From positions 72,728,001-72,792,000 of the forward strand of contig NC_058368.1 of the NCBI RefSeq assembly GCF_018350175.1: a stretch of 64,000 bases of DNA. Reading direction: 5' to 3'. Position numbers and translations under genes: made by a program. Below, one piece after another: positions 26,501 through 39,108 of this stretch. The notes beneath the pieces are model-generated. The model saw only the letters and a program-made list of their open reading frames with translations, did no database searches and was not told the origin of the DNA. The DNA comes from Felis catus. Taxonomy: Eukaryota. Every line of letters begins with the position of its first letter. The first letter of the stretch is position 1.

Positions 26501-27429
26501 AAAAGACACTGTATTCACGTCGTAGTTACTGAACTCGGTGGTACATCTTGCCTTGGATAATCTAACAAGAGGAAATAATAGAACCCTATGAATTTACTCC
26601 CTGATTCTAATTGCCAGCACTTTGCACTTCTCCTATCTCAAAAGCTGTTTGTCATTCCAACAGGGGATTTTTTTAATCAAAAATGCAAATGTAACAAAGT
26701 AACCTTAACTTTGTCACCAGATCACATAACTGTGTATCTACATACAATAGGTAGATATGTAAGAGAACCCATTAACATTACTTAAAACTGAATATATCAG
26801 TGAAAGCATTTCATATACAGAAAATGAACTGTTAAATGGCTCTTCTTACATTTATAACTATTTCTTTCTGTATAATGCTTGAATATGAGTAATGTTTATC
26901 ATTAAGCAAATTAACCAAATATTTTAATTTTCCAATCACTACTGGCTATGCTAGTAATTCAAGATTTTGGAAAACAGTGGTTACTTAATCACAAATCTAT
27001 TATATTTGAATGCAAAGACAAAAAAGGAAAGACTAACTCTTAGATGATTCAAATTCTCTGTTTTATGAAGACAGGTCGCTCGGGCCCAATACAAATATAT
27101 GTGACGAAAATAATGTTCTTCCCAAGTAAGGAAACATTAAGCATTGCCTTCTAATGAATGTACCTGAGTGTCAACTGAGTACTAATAGGGTTTGGCAGGG
27201 TGTCATGTTGTATGATCGCAATAGTTAACATGTTATCATAATTGTAAATACAGACCTATCATAACTGGGAAGAGATGATCAGCACAAATGGTTTTCATGG
27301 GGTAAATGATATGTTAAAAGTATTTTGATGCTGACTTTACCTAATTGTAGTAAAAACTACAAGTTTATTATGAAAAGTTGACTTTCAAGTGCTGTACAAA
27401 TAGGATTAAGGGCTAAAAGATTAAACCCT

Positions 27430-28160
27430 TGGGTCTGACCACTTGTAGGTTGTTGGAGACCTTAAGAAGAACAGCTTATCGGTGGGAGCAAAAACCTGAT
27501 TTAGAAAGGGCTCAAGAGAGAACAGGAGAAGAGAAATTGGAGATCTATTTTTCAAGGAGTTTTGCTGACAAAAGACAATTGATTTAATAGCTAGAGAAGA
27601 ATGAATAATCATGAGGAGATTACTTTTTAAGATGGGATATGTCACAGCATATTTATATTTTGATGAGAATTATATTGTAAGATATGAAGATTATATGATG
27701 CAGAAGAGAGAGGGGCACTATTGCACTGGTGTCCCTGAGAAGGAGAAAGGATCTATCCCTCAATTTGACGAGGTCTTAATTTTAAATAGGAGTATTAAGA
27801 GCTCATCTCCAAGTTCAGGAAGAAAAAGGAGTAAATGGTTAGATACGCAGATAGGCAATAGTGAAGTGTGTGAAAATTTATTTTTCATTATTTCTATTTT
27901 CTCAGAGAAATATAGAAGTAAGAGGATAGTTGAGAGGGGTATGGGGGAGGAAGTACAAGAGACAGGGAAGAGAGAAGGTATGAAAATCATCTGGTTAAGT
28001 AGAAAGTGATTTTTTGTTAAATGTACCAAGGGCCCACTTGATGTAATTGACTACGAACTTAAAGTAGGAACAACCCATGTGTATGCATGTTTTCTCTTCA
28101 GCCAAAACCATCTGTGTATGTGCAGACACAAAGTAGGTTGACAGTTGGATTAACCAATTC
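27430..28160 (-). mobile_element. L2 internal fragment
   Basis: GA-rich, with TTTTCAAGGAGTTTTGCTG and TTTTTAAGATGGGA motifs typical of antisense L2. Confidence 0.6.
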
Positions 28161-29159
28161 GTTTCACCATGTAAGTAAGGTAAACAAGAAAATAAAAGCC
28201 ATATAAGTCAATAAAATATCCAAATAACATATGACTAGATTTGTAAGTTTGTTTCAGAGATAAATATTCACCCATGTGCAATTTTTATAAAGCGAATAAT
28301 ACAATATACACACAAATTAGACTTGACTACCTTATGTTCTTCTGGCATCAGTATTAAGAACAAGATCTGAGAACTCATTAGAAAATACATATGAACCATT
28401 GTGTTAATTCAAAAGCAGCATACAACACACAGTATCTAGGTTTCTAACAGTCTGAAATTTTAATGATTAATTTGTGACTCTGTAACCTTAGTGGTTTGCT
28501 TTACTTTATCATGTACAATGAGGCCAATAAGGAATGTAACCAATAAACATCTCATTAGAAATGAGAAATGTCTAAAATATATAATCTAGGAAAATTAATA
28601 AAAAATTAATGAAAGACTTAACATGAAATTCATTATATGCTAATGAAAGCACTCCAAATTAATCCTTTTCAGAGTTTCAGGTCAATGTTATAATTCACCA
28701 AGGAGACAACATCAATGAGTGTCTCATCCAAACACTTGTTGGGAAATCAAAGCTACATCCCTATGTTAAAAACATCATGGCAAAATTGCCAAAACCCACA
28801 AATGTCTCCACTTCCAGGCAAGCTTTCTTACACCCTCAATTTTAAAAAGTTAATAATACACTATTCCTTGAATCCAATCAACAGATATATACATTGAATG
28901 TCTACTACATGCCTTAAAGTTAGGTGTCTTTCATTAATTATGAGTTCACAACATTATGAAGAATGGGAAGGGTAAAGTAGGGAGAGAATAGAGGATTTAG
29001 GGACAGGCAGATTTGTTTTTGAAATCTGTTTGTGTTTTTAAGTCTTTTGGCAAAATGCAAATTCCTTGAGCCTCAGTTTCCTTTGTGCTGCAAAATGGTG
29101 AAGTATCTCACCTAATTGAGACAAGAAATAAAGTATGTGACAATTGAGAACTGGGATTT

Positions 29160-29450
29160 GTTAGGAGCAGGGACTCTGGTGTCAGCCTGGCAACCTCCAC
29201 TCTTTGAAGATATATGAACTTGGGCAATTTACTCAAACATTTTTTGTTTGTTTCAGATTCCTCATTTATAAAATGGATGGATAGATAGTATTAGTGTATC
29301 ATCCATTAATAGGTAATTTAGGGTATCAATGGATAGATAATGTAATGTACCTACCATATAGATTTGTTGTAAGGATGAGATAGTACTCAGTGTGAGAGTG
29401 CCTGACACAGAGTGCCATACAGGCAGGTGATAAATGTATTAATAAATGTC
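29160..29450 (+). mobile_element. MIR with small internal insertion
   Basis: CTTGGGCAATTTACTC..TTCCTCATTTATAAAATGG..GTTGTAAGGAT..GTGCCTGACACAGAG. Confidence 0.7.
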
Positions 29451-31908
29451 CAGTCAATGATAACCATTGCTATGTGGGCAGTGATTTCAACAGTCACTCT
29501 ATGTTACATGTATATCCTGAGAAATAATACAATTTTTCATTCATTCAATGAATTCTTGTGCAATGTTATTTATATGCCAGGCACTGGTAAGACACTGACT
29601 TTGAAGTGGCTATACCCCATCCTACATATGATCCTGTCATACCATAAGGGTCCCCATTAAACCTGATAGCCAGGAACTATGAGAGTGAAGGTTGAAACAC
29701 ACACAAAAATATTTCACACAATACAGCTTTATGAAAAGAGTCTTTTGTCTGAATGACAAAGTAATAACTATCATAAAATGTTTTTATAAGGTGTCTAGAT
29801 TCCTACTACCACTCCCTACTGCTATCCTTCCAGTAAACACTAATTAGTAGCATAGCCACATAATCTGAGTTTCTTAAAATGAACATTGGAATCTTTATAG
29901 GTAAAATTTCTAAATTAGTTGTTTCTAGTTATGCTGACACACTGTGATTGACTTTAAATTGCATCAATCTTGCTAAAATTATCTTTTATATGTTTGAGTT
30001 TACCATTATGCTTTTGTTTTTGTGTTTTTCCACTTGAATGCTAGTGACAACATTTAAAACATCATATACAAATTTTTGTTATTGAAATACCATAGTCTGT
30101 TTTGGCTAAAGTTTCTCACTATTGGGGGAGAAATTAATACAAGATATACCTAGAAAGAAACCTAGATTCACAAAACTAAATAGATTAATCAGACTGAAAA
30201 ATGTCATCTACCTTTTCCTTTGAATTCCTGCCATTATTTTGAAGCTAAGCAAATAAAATCTAAAAGACATCATTTTACACTGAAGAGAGGGGAGGAGAGG
30301 TTCATGTCTACCTGAAAACAATTTTCTTATGGTAACATTATATAGATTAAAATTATTATGAAAATAATAAAATTTGTGGGCTAAACGTAGAACTACACTA
30401 ATAATTCTAGTAATTTGAAATGTAAAGTGAAACCGGTAATTAATAATGGTAACCTGGTGGGGAATTTAGGGGGACTGGTGCTCCTGAAATCTTTTATTAC
30501 AAAATGTCAAAGGGTTTCTTCACTACTAAACAGTATTATTTTCTCAATACACGTAAACTCCATCTATGAATCTAACTCAACCCAAAGCAAATCATCTTAC
30601 CTAAACTTACTCATATCTTACCTAAGCTACTATGCTATCTTACACTTCACTCACTGCATCATTTCTTAATTTATTGCACCACTATGGTATTGACCATTTT
30701 CAGACAATGTGCAAGGTTGAAATTACAACAATTAAGAGAAATGCATAAGCAAGCAAGGTCAAGTTTTTAAAAATTCTCAAACATTGTTTTGTTTATCAAT
30801 TCAGCAATATTCCCATAAGATCTCTCATTTAGGAAATGTAGAGAAAACTCTACATTTGACAAAATATCCTTGTTAAAAAATTAGACGTCTCAATTTAGAA
30901 AAAAAAACTATGATTTTGTCTTACCTTAATGCAGCTAACAAATAATAAAATTCTGATTGTCAACAAGTTAGCAACAGGTATTATCAAAAGACAAGTAGGA
31001 AGATTCTCATGCACATGGCCTTAGAAAACTAAAAAAATACACTTCCCAAAGAAAAGAAGGATGATACGTAGGGGGGGAAATATTCTTTTGTTTTATTTTC
31101 ACCTAAACAGCCGATGTAAGCAGATGGTCTGTACTTTCACGGGGTAATGGCTCTGAAGCAGTAGCACAAAGAACAATGGTCTTTTGATTGATTACTCTTT
31201 GCTATTGATTATTTCCTGAGAAGGTGGTCACACCTTCCCTTACATAACATTTGGTAAGAAGACCACTTTTATAACTGATGGGTTTCACTATCCCACTAGA
31301 GCAAAGCAGGTTTGTTGATGTAGGTGTACAAATATTTCTGCTTTTTACATTACAAAATAACTTGAAAACAAATTTTAAGTAGCTCCTTTTCACTTCTTCT
31401 TTCTTAAGACATCCTGTAATTTATTTTAGGTAAAATGTGTTAGTAAGAAACCCACACAACTACTGATTAAACCATACATGACACATGATACCATGGCTCC
31501 TATGACGGTAGCCAAAAAAAAAGTAGATTTCAAGAAACAATTATATTAGCCACACTAAAAAAATTTGAAAGTGTATTGCCTTACAAGAATAAAGTTTCTT
31601 GTTTTGGTTTAAAAATTAAAAACAAAAATATAGAACTTTTAGGATAAAGTGTTCATTATATATCATTGCTTGTAGTTTCTATTTGAATTTTCACTTTCAA
31701 TAAAAAAAGTTAAGATTCTAAACAAAACTATTTACAAATTATTGGTTTCCTTGTGTCCTCTTCTTTCTTTAGCTAAATTAATAGATATCATAAATGTCTA
31801 TTTTCATAAATTAGTTAAGCCTTAAAGTGAGGTTGGTCATATTCTTGGATTTTTGAGAATAACTCACAAATATGTAATCACCCTAGTCCCTTAAAAAAGG
31901 AGATAAGT

Positions 31909-31980
31909 TGTGTGTGTGTGTGTATACGTGTATATACATATGTACATGTGTACATATATATAATATATATATATATATTT

Positions 31981-32015
<35 letters not shown>

Positions 32016-32030
32016 GAGAGGGAGAGAGAA
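31909..32030. repeat. Compound (TG)/(TA)/(GA) microsatellite
   Basis: Read directly. Confidence 0.9.
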
Positions 32031-32129
32031 AGTGAAATATATACTTGAAAATATATACTTTTAAAATGGTCTATTTAGAGCACTGTGGTTCAGTGACATT
32101 CTTTTATCTTTGGATCTGGTACCTTCCTT

Positions 32130-32560
32130 CACTTCAATTCAAGGGCAATGCCAAGTACCTAGGACATGGCAGACACTCAATCAAGATTTGAGAGTCTATG
32201 AAAGTGCAGAAAACACAGACTTTGCTCTGAATGACAATCAATCACATCTTGGGATGTGGCACAATTAATTATTTTCAGGCATAAACAATGGCAGTGAGGT
32301 ATAAAATGCCACAAGAGGAGTATTCTTACTTCACCACAATGAGGGAAGACTTCTTAGAGGTGATGGCATTTTCTCTAAGCTTTAAGAAATGGAGACAATT
32401 TCAACAAGTGAAAATAGAAGACAGACGATTCTATACACAGAGTAAAGCACAAACAAAAGAACAGGGATTTGAAAGCATGTGGCTAATTTTGGGAACTTTG
32501 AAAGGTGTTTGGAGTCTATGGAGGTAAGGAAGGTAGAGAGATAAATTTGGAAAGGTGGGG
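32130..32560 (-). mobile_element. L2 fragment
   Basis: AGGGAAGACTTCTTAGAGGTGATGGCATTT and neighbouring decayed antisense L2 motifs. Confidence 0.5.
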
Positions 32561-32670
32561 TACTCAGGGTTCCCACACAATCACCAAAGCCATCTTGTAA
32601 ATTCCTGTCCTTTACAAGAGGACAAAATGGTACAACAGGCACTCAATTGGTACAAAAATGACCCTTCCAT

Positions 32671-32703
32671 GGTGAGGGGGGGTGGGCGGGGGGGGGGGGG
32701 GGG
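32671..32703. repeat. Poly-G tract (G-quadruplex-capable)
   Basis: GGTGA G7 T G3 C G16. Confidence 0.85.
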
Positions 32704-33512
32704 AGATGATCAGAGTGGGGGATAGAGCTAAAATAAAAACTCATAAGTAAATATAAGCCATATCATTATATTAAATAAATTCCTAATTTAAAAAGCATGA
32801 AAAGGGAAAAAAGGCCCTACATTTAAGATATATATGTCTATTACTCTTCTCAAAACACAAAATGTGGAGCAATTTTTTATTCTGTTTGCCAACATGTCAA
32901 ACGTATTTGAATTTACCTGTCGAAATGTAAACTTCAGCCAAAATGGCCTACAATACAAGATGACAGTGTACTTAGTGTCTATACCTCCTCTGCTTCTCTC
33001 GAAGCCTCAACTCAGTGGCTTCCATTGTTCTTCTCATATGTCAGCTCTCAACCTGGAGTTCTCAGTGTGGCCCACCCTGCATACTTGATCTAATCAAGTT
33101 TCTCTCCACCTCCCTTGCCCCTGAAGCCTCCACCTCAGCCCTCTTTGTTCTTTATAGGACATTCAGTTTCCTAATTTCTTATTAATTTGTTCCTTTCCAT
33201 ATGCAATGACTTTCTACCCCATATTTGTAACCTCCATGATGGAAGGGACTTCATTTGTTCTACTCATTGCTCTATACAGAACACCTAGAACAGAACCTGA
33301 CATATTAAGAAGATTCAATAACTCTTTGTCAGATCAATGACATTTCAGTATGAAGATAAATGAAATTGTTGTACCTAAAAGTGGCATCTTTAAATGAACA
33401 AATCAGATTTTTAAAATTTCCTGAGGGTAATTCTTACTCAAAGAGTGAGTTTGGAGGTAAAGGTAACTTTGCTTAAAAATATTTTCTTAAAGATCATTTA
33501 ATTAAATAATGA

Positions 33513-33517
<5 letters not shown>

Positions 33518-33558
<41 letters not shown>

Positions 33559-33570
33559 TACACATATATA
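33518..33570. repeat. (TA)n(CA)n microsatellite
   Basis: Read directly. Confidence 0.9.
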
Positions 33571-35046
33571 GTTATGGTTATATGTAATATAAAATCATAT
33601 AATTATATATCAATATATAATTTATATAATATAAAGTTTTAATATTGATTTTGCTTAAATTAGTAATAACAAATTAATGTTTGGTGTTCTAGGAATATAT
33701 CTATATTTTTCTTCACAAGAGAATATATTTCTTTATATATGAGAAATATAAAGAGAATAAAAGGAAAGGTCTTGATCACATTTCTTTTTAGCCTATCTTC
33801 TGTTCCATTTTCCCATGGAAAATAAGAGAGCAAAAGTGACCTCAAATATGTTTTTCTTACAGATCATTGATGCACGCATATCATTTTGAACTCATGAATA
33901 CCAAGAGAGCAGTCAGGGTTGAAATGGTATAACAGACCATTAGGAAACTCAGATATCTTCCCATACCTGGAAAAAAAGTATATCCCCATCTTATAATACA
34001 GAAGCGTAAAGCACACCCTCCTTCATTACTATGACAAAACATGTATTGTCCATATTTATAAAATTATCTGCTGGTTGTATATTTAAAGAAGACACAGTAA
34101 GTTTTAATCATTGTTTATATCAGAGTAATCTTATTTAGAAGAGAATAGGTTTATTTACTTCAAGTAGATGGCATATTTGGAGCTCTACCTGGTGAAAACT
34201 GTGTTCTAAAACATAATCTGATTTAAAAAGGGGGGGAAAGCAAACACTCTAAGTCATGATAATGTGACCCTTCATGGATCAACAATGTTTAGAACAACTG
34301 AGTTGCTCTTACAATACAAAGGTTTGTTGGATAAGGCTCTAGGCTAAAGTGGAAAATTAAAACCCATTTTTCTTAATAGCTTTTACACTCATTTGAAAAT
34401 ATGGTCCCCAAATACTTCATTAAGTCATATTATATTTATGCAATTAGGTATTATATCTGTATAATTTTATCTCCCTTAGAACTGCCATTCTAATTTTCCT
34501 CCAATGTTTGCCTTTTAAGTTTGATTCTAAGAGCAAATAATCTCCAATTTCCAATGTCATGATAAGCTCTTGTCCTTTAAAACCATATAGCTATGGCCTT
34601 AAAAAAAAAAAAAAAAAGAAAGAAAAACAAACAAGCATTAAAACTTTTGGTCATAAATTTGCAAATGTGTAGAACACACACACTCACATGGATACACATG
34701 TAAAACATATGCTTCTGTCCCCTGTGTTTGGAACAACAGGGTATTTAAAACAAATACAGCTGGGCACCAAGAATATAACGTGCTGGGCAAACATATACTC
34801 CTATTAATGTAAATATATTCTTCGATGTTTCCTGCCAAGCCCCCTTAGTTATGAAAAGCAAGCAAGCCCCATTTCTCCCACAGAACACCCCACATAGTCT
34901 CAAAACAATCGCCCTTAGCAACTGGATGTGGAAGCAAGCAGAGATGAACAAAAGCCGCGGGGCTCCGGCTCCTAAGTTGCCTTCTCAGACCCTGACATTT
35001 TACAGCAGCAAAAGCAGGTCATGCTGGGCACTAGTTGTTTCTCGAG

Positions 35047-35091
<45 letters not shown>
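35047..35091. repeat. A45 homopolymer
   Basis: Read directly. Confidence 0.95.
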
Positions 35092-35093
<2 letters not shown>

Positions 35094-35911
35094 TGTATAG
35101 TAAGGCAACTATTCTAGTCATCTGTATGTAGTAACTGCTTGTTTTGCCTCATGTAATTCGTGAGTCCTTGAATTTAAACTGAAACATGTTAGGGATGTGT
35201 GTACCTCGCCAACCCCCCTCCCCAATTCGGGCTCATTCTTCCTCACGCTGCGCCCCTCTCCGCATCCCAAGATGTGACCTCAGGCTTCAGCGCGCTCAGT
35301 GCTGCCCGCTTAGCAGCGTTTGGGTAAATCTCAATTGAACCAGCCCTTAGTTCACACACACCCTCTACTCACTTCTCAGACACCGGCCCCTGCGGAGGGC
35401 GCGGTAGAGATCGCCACATTTCGCCAAGGTCTGGGACCCTAGGATGTTTCCAGGAGAGCTGGGAGGCCAAGTGAGGCCAGACACACAAATTCATGACCCC
35501 TCGGATCAGACTGGAAGCAGCCAGCGAGACCCCGAGGTGCTGCAGAGATCTTTCCCTAGCATTCTAGACTCAGACGCTATATCCCCGGGGGAAGCCAAGC
35601 CCCCCAGAGTAGAAAGATTTTCCCTGGAAGCCAGCCCACATGAGACTCGGGGAGCAAGAGGAAGCCGGCGAAGAGCGGGCCAACTTGCCGGCTCCTGGCG
35701 GGGTTTTCCGTGGCTACAGGTTGCCTGAGAGAAGGTTCCCAGCTCCCACGGGCAGGCGGAAGGCGCTCGGAGCGCTCGGAAGGGGACTTAGGGGGTGTGG
35801 GGCACTGAGAGACGGAGGGAGGGAGGGAAGGGGGAGCCCGAAGAGGCCCCAGGCAGGTGGGGAGATGGGAGAGATCCGAGGGCGCACCTCCCAACAGTGA
35901 CCCACACAGAC

Positions 35912-36104
35912 CTTGGCGCCGCAACCTGCGCTTCTTGAGGCCGAAGATGCGCACTTTGGAGAAGATATCCACCAGGTTGCCGTTGCAGAGCCCGCGGTTC
36001 TTGCTGGGGCTGCTCCGCCTCCTGCTGGCAGACGGCCGGTCCCAGTGCTGCTCCCGCGCCTGCCGCTTCTGGCGGATCAAGCCGCTGGCGATGGCCGCGG
36101 CCAT
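35912..36104 (-). CDS. FGF14: Fibroblast growth factor 14 (FHF4), isoform 1A first coding exon (64 codons + 1 nt; rest of gene outside window)
   Basis: Translates to [64 protein letters not shown], the FGF14-1A N-terminus (differs from FGF13/FGF12 1A). Start context GCCACCATGG; donor CAAG|GTCTGT at 35912/35911. Confidence 0.97.
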
Positions 36105-36254
36105 GGTGGCCCCGGGAATGGGTCCGGGGAGGGAGGGGACCGAGGGAAGGGGAGCTGGGGACACGGGAGAGGGAAAGGGCGGCGCAGACGGCGGCTCGCC
36201 CTGGACGAGGCGGGGGGAAGAGGCCCGAGGGGCTGGGGAGAGGGGTAGGGGCGC

Positions 36255-36275
36255 TCAGTCCCGACTCGGACCCAT
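36255..36275 (-). promoter_or_regulatory. Candidate uORF (MGPSRD*) upstream of FGF14-1A
   Basis: GCG ATG GGT CCG AGT CGG GAC TGA on the minus strand; G at -3 and +4; ATG is 171 nt upstream of the main ATG. Confidence 0.5.
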
Positions 36276-36838
36276 CGCCCTCTCCGCGGAGCGCCGGGCC
36301 GGGCGCGCAGGTGCTCCCGGGACGCGGCGGGGCGAGCCCCGGGAGCCGAGGTCGTGTCGGCCGCCTCCCGGCCGCGTCGGAGCCGGGAGTGGGGCCGGGG
36401 CTGCGGGCACCGCCTCTCACCGCGCGCCGCCGGAGCCCTCTCGGGGGCCGCCACTGCCACTCGCACTGCCTTCTTGCCTCGCCCCCCTCCCGGGCTGGAG
36501 GTAGATCCTGCTACCTTCTTCCAGGGCACGGGATGGAGGGCAGGTCCCGGCCGGGTCTCGGCGCGTGCGTCCGTCTAGGGCAGGCTAGGCAGGACTCAGC
36601 GCCTGGCTTGCGCTGCCCCCCGGCCGGTGCCGCCGGTGCCGCCGCCGCCGCCCGCTCTCGGGCTCTGCCGGTGATTGTCAAGTGCTTTGGAAATCAGCAT
36701 CTGGGGAGAGCAATCTTCTCCCCGGAGATCTCTAATCAAAGCGCTTCGTTCCCACCCCACTACACCTCCCTCCCGTTCCCCTCCTATGTCTTTCTTCAGA
36801 AAGAAAAAAAAATATATATATATATAGTAATTATTTAA

Positions 36839-36874
<36 letters not shown>
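36839..36874. repeat. (AAT)12 microsatellite in the promoter region
   Basis: Read directly. Confidence 0.95.
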
Positions 36875-36875
<1 letters not shown>

Positions 36876-39087
36876 GAAAGCTAAAATGGATTCCAGGGGG
36901 TGGGGTGCTAAGAGGCTGAGCCAGAGCAGGTGGGGTTGAAGGAATATCGGTGCGCTTTTTCTTAGATGAAACTCGCAGGTTTCCGAGGCTTCCGCGGCTT
37001 GGCCAGGGCTTCTGAATCTTAACGTGTCTCCTGGTCCCCAGAAACTCTGGGCTGCGGTTGGAGGGCGAGGTGGTTTCCGCCCTCCCTGCTAATCCCTTCA
37101 GCGCCGAAACCCCTCCACCCCAGGAAGGAGGGGGAGGAAGCAGGGAGGAGAGTGTGTCCCGAGGAGGGAGGCGCCTCCACTCCTTATCCAGTCTACCCAA
37201 ACTTGCTGGACTCTCCCTCTTGCTGTCATTTTGAGACCATAACACCGAGCAAAAAGGAGGGGGGTGGGGAAGGTGAGAAGCTATGCTAAGGTTGTACGTA
37301 TGGAAAGACCCCTTTCCCAAATTTGCTCTCCAGCACTCAGATATGCCAGCCAGCCGCTGTCGCTGCTACAAAGCAGCAGCTGGAGAGGATAATTGCCCGA
37401 TAGCACACTGAAGAAGTCACCGCAGAAATATTAAGGGTGGGGGACGGTGCCACAGTATTCCAGGGACAACAAAAAGCAGCCAGACTGAGGAACACTCCAA
37501 TTTGAGCTGTTGTCTTTGGCGTCCCCGGGTAGAGAAGCTCTGTCAGGGAGCGAAGCCATATGAACTGTGTCTGAAATTCAAATACAACAGCTGCTGCCTC
37601 CTCCCCTTGACTTCCTGTCTGTGTCCTGGCAGTGTTCTGTCTTGGATAACTGAAAATACAAAGGTCCAAGAGGAAGGGAGCAAGTGGAGGGCACCCTAGG
37701 AAGGAAGGTTGAGAGAGAAACACTTCATGCTTGGATGAATACAGATCTGTGGTTTCTAGGATACACTCGGAGTGACAGAGCCAAGTGTAGAATTTGCTCC
37801 TGTGGTTTAGTACCTTTTCCTCTTCCCTTTAAGCTGTTTGGCTTTGTCATTACAGGAAGGTAAAGAAAAGAAATGCAAAAACTAGACTTCTCTCAATCCA
37901 GTGTTAGGAAGGATGGAAGAAAGAAGATTCATCTGGTAATCAAGAGACTTTTAACAATCACTTCGGTGGTGACTGTTTAGAGCTGGAGAGAGGAGAGGCA
38001 CACTCTGGAAGCAGTCCTAGGAACAGTTCTGGACCAACACACACGTTCTCTTTGTCTCAGGAATAGGCAGTTAAGTCCCACAAAGACTTGCAACCAGGCA
38101 AGTGGGAGAAGCTCATCCGAGGGTTGATTACAGACTAGACACCTTCTGCTCTATAGAACTTATCCACAACCTCTCCATGTAAGCAATTAGTTCTCATCTG
38201 TTACTCATTGCATTTATTCCACATTAACTAGTAAGTTTCTTTGGTGGAAGAAAATTTAAAGGAAGTGTGTAGATTTGGGTCCAATGCAATTATCATTGGC
38301 TTTAGGATGATGTATATTATATTTAACATTTAAGAACGTACTCTGTAAGCTCATTTTCAAAACCTTGCTGTGTTATATCTACAAAACAACCACAATTATT
38401 AAAAGGAATAAGCAGAAGTAATTTTGCCAGAAATTTGTAAACCGTAATAACCCATGAGATAGTAAAAGTAAAGAGGTGTTTTAACTATTTTGCTCTGTCT
38501 CTACCACTTTGTTTTCCGTTTTAGTGTCTGCGTTCTTATATTTTCACTAAGTGTGTATTTATGTTGTTTTGCCATGTTCCTGCTAAAAAAGGAAGGGTCA
38601 TTCTGCAAAGAATGGCTATTTAAGTGTGTCTTTTTAAAAATTCACTGAAATAAATACCAATGAACATAAAGAGTAGGTACTCCTGCCTTACATTATTGAA
38701 GAAAGGTCATTTGGACATTTCAGACTTTATAGATTGGAATTTCCAAATGACTTTACAATTAAACATATTTATCTAAAGCAAGTGGTGAGTTTTTCAAAGA
38801 AGCAAAACGTTAAGTACAGTGACCTCTTACATCTAGTACAACATAATCTAGTTTGCCTTGAAAGGTTTTTTTACCCTATGACATATGTGTCTGCTATATT
38901 AATTTGGACAGATTAAGATTAAGCTTATTCTTATTATATCTGTGTTAATGATTTCCTTTCCAGGCATTTTCTTATAGTGCAGTCTTTTCCCCAGCTCTTT
39001 GGATTGGGTAATTAATTGGGAGGTCGGTTTTTTGGCTCCTTCAGACCCCTCCTTTCACTGTTCAGTACCCTCCGGATAAGGCTGCGA

Positions 39088-39108
39088 TTCAGCACCGAGG
39101 ACAGAGAT
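39088..39108 (+). promoter_or_regulatory. RE1/NRSE (REST binding site)
   Basis: TTCAGCACC-GA-GGACAG-AGAT matches both halves of the RE1 consensus TTCAGCACCnnGGACAG with the canonical 2-nt spacer. Confidence 0.8.

Larger units (their letters stand above)
35200..37200. promoter_or_regulatory. CpG island / promoter and 5' UTR of FGF14-1A
   Basis: Abrupt rise in GC and CpG density, strongest at 35680-36750, in an otherwise CpG-depleted window; overlaps the first exon. TSS cannot be placed from sequence. Confidence 0.9.

Noticed and set aside
1..35911. FGF14 exon 2 (DPQLKGIVTRLY...) or other coding exons
   Set aside because: Not found by eye or in the ORF track; probably beyond the left edge. 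A spliced alignment would confirm.
36596..36700. Second upstream minus-strand ATG ORF (34 aa)
   Set aside because: About 600 nt upstream of the main ATG and probably upstream of the TSS; cannot be supported as a uORF.
35577..36838. Several 150-215 aa ORFs on both strands over the CpG island, and read-through of exon 1A into the intron
   Set aside because: Low-complexity Pro/Gly/Arg/Ala translations expected from stop-poor GC-rich DNA; FGF14 similarity ends exactly at the GT donor.
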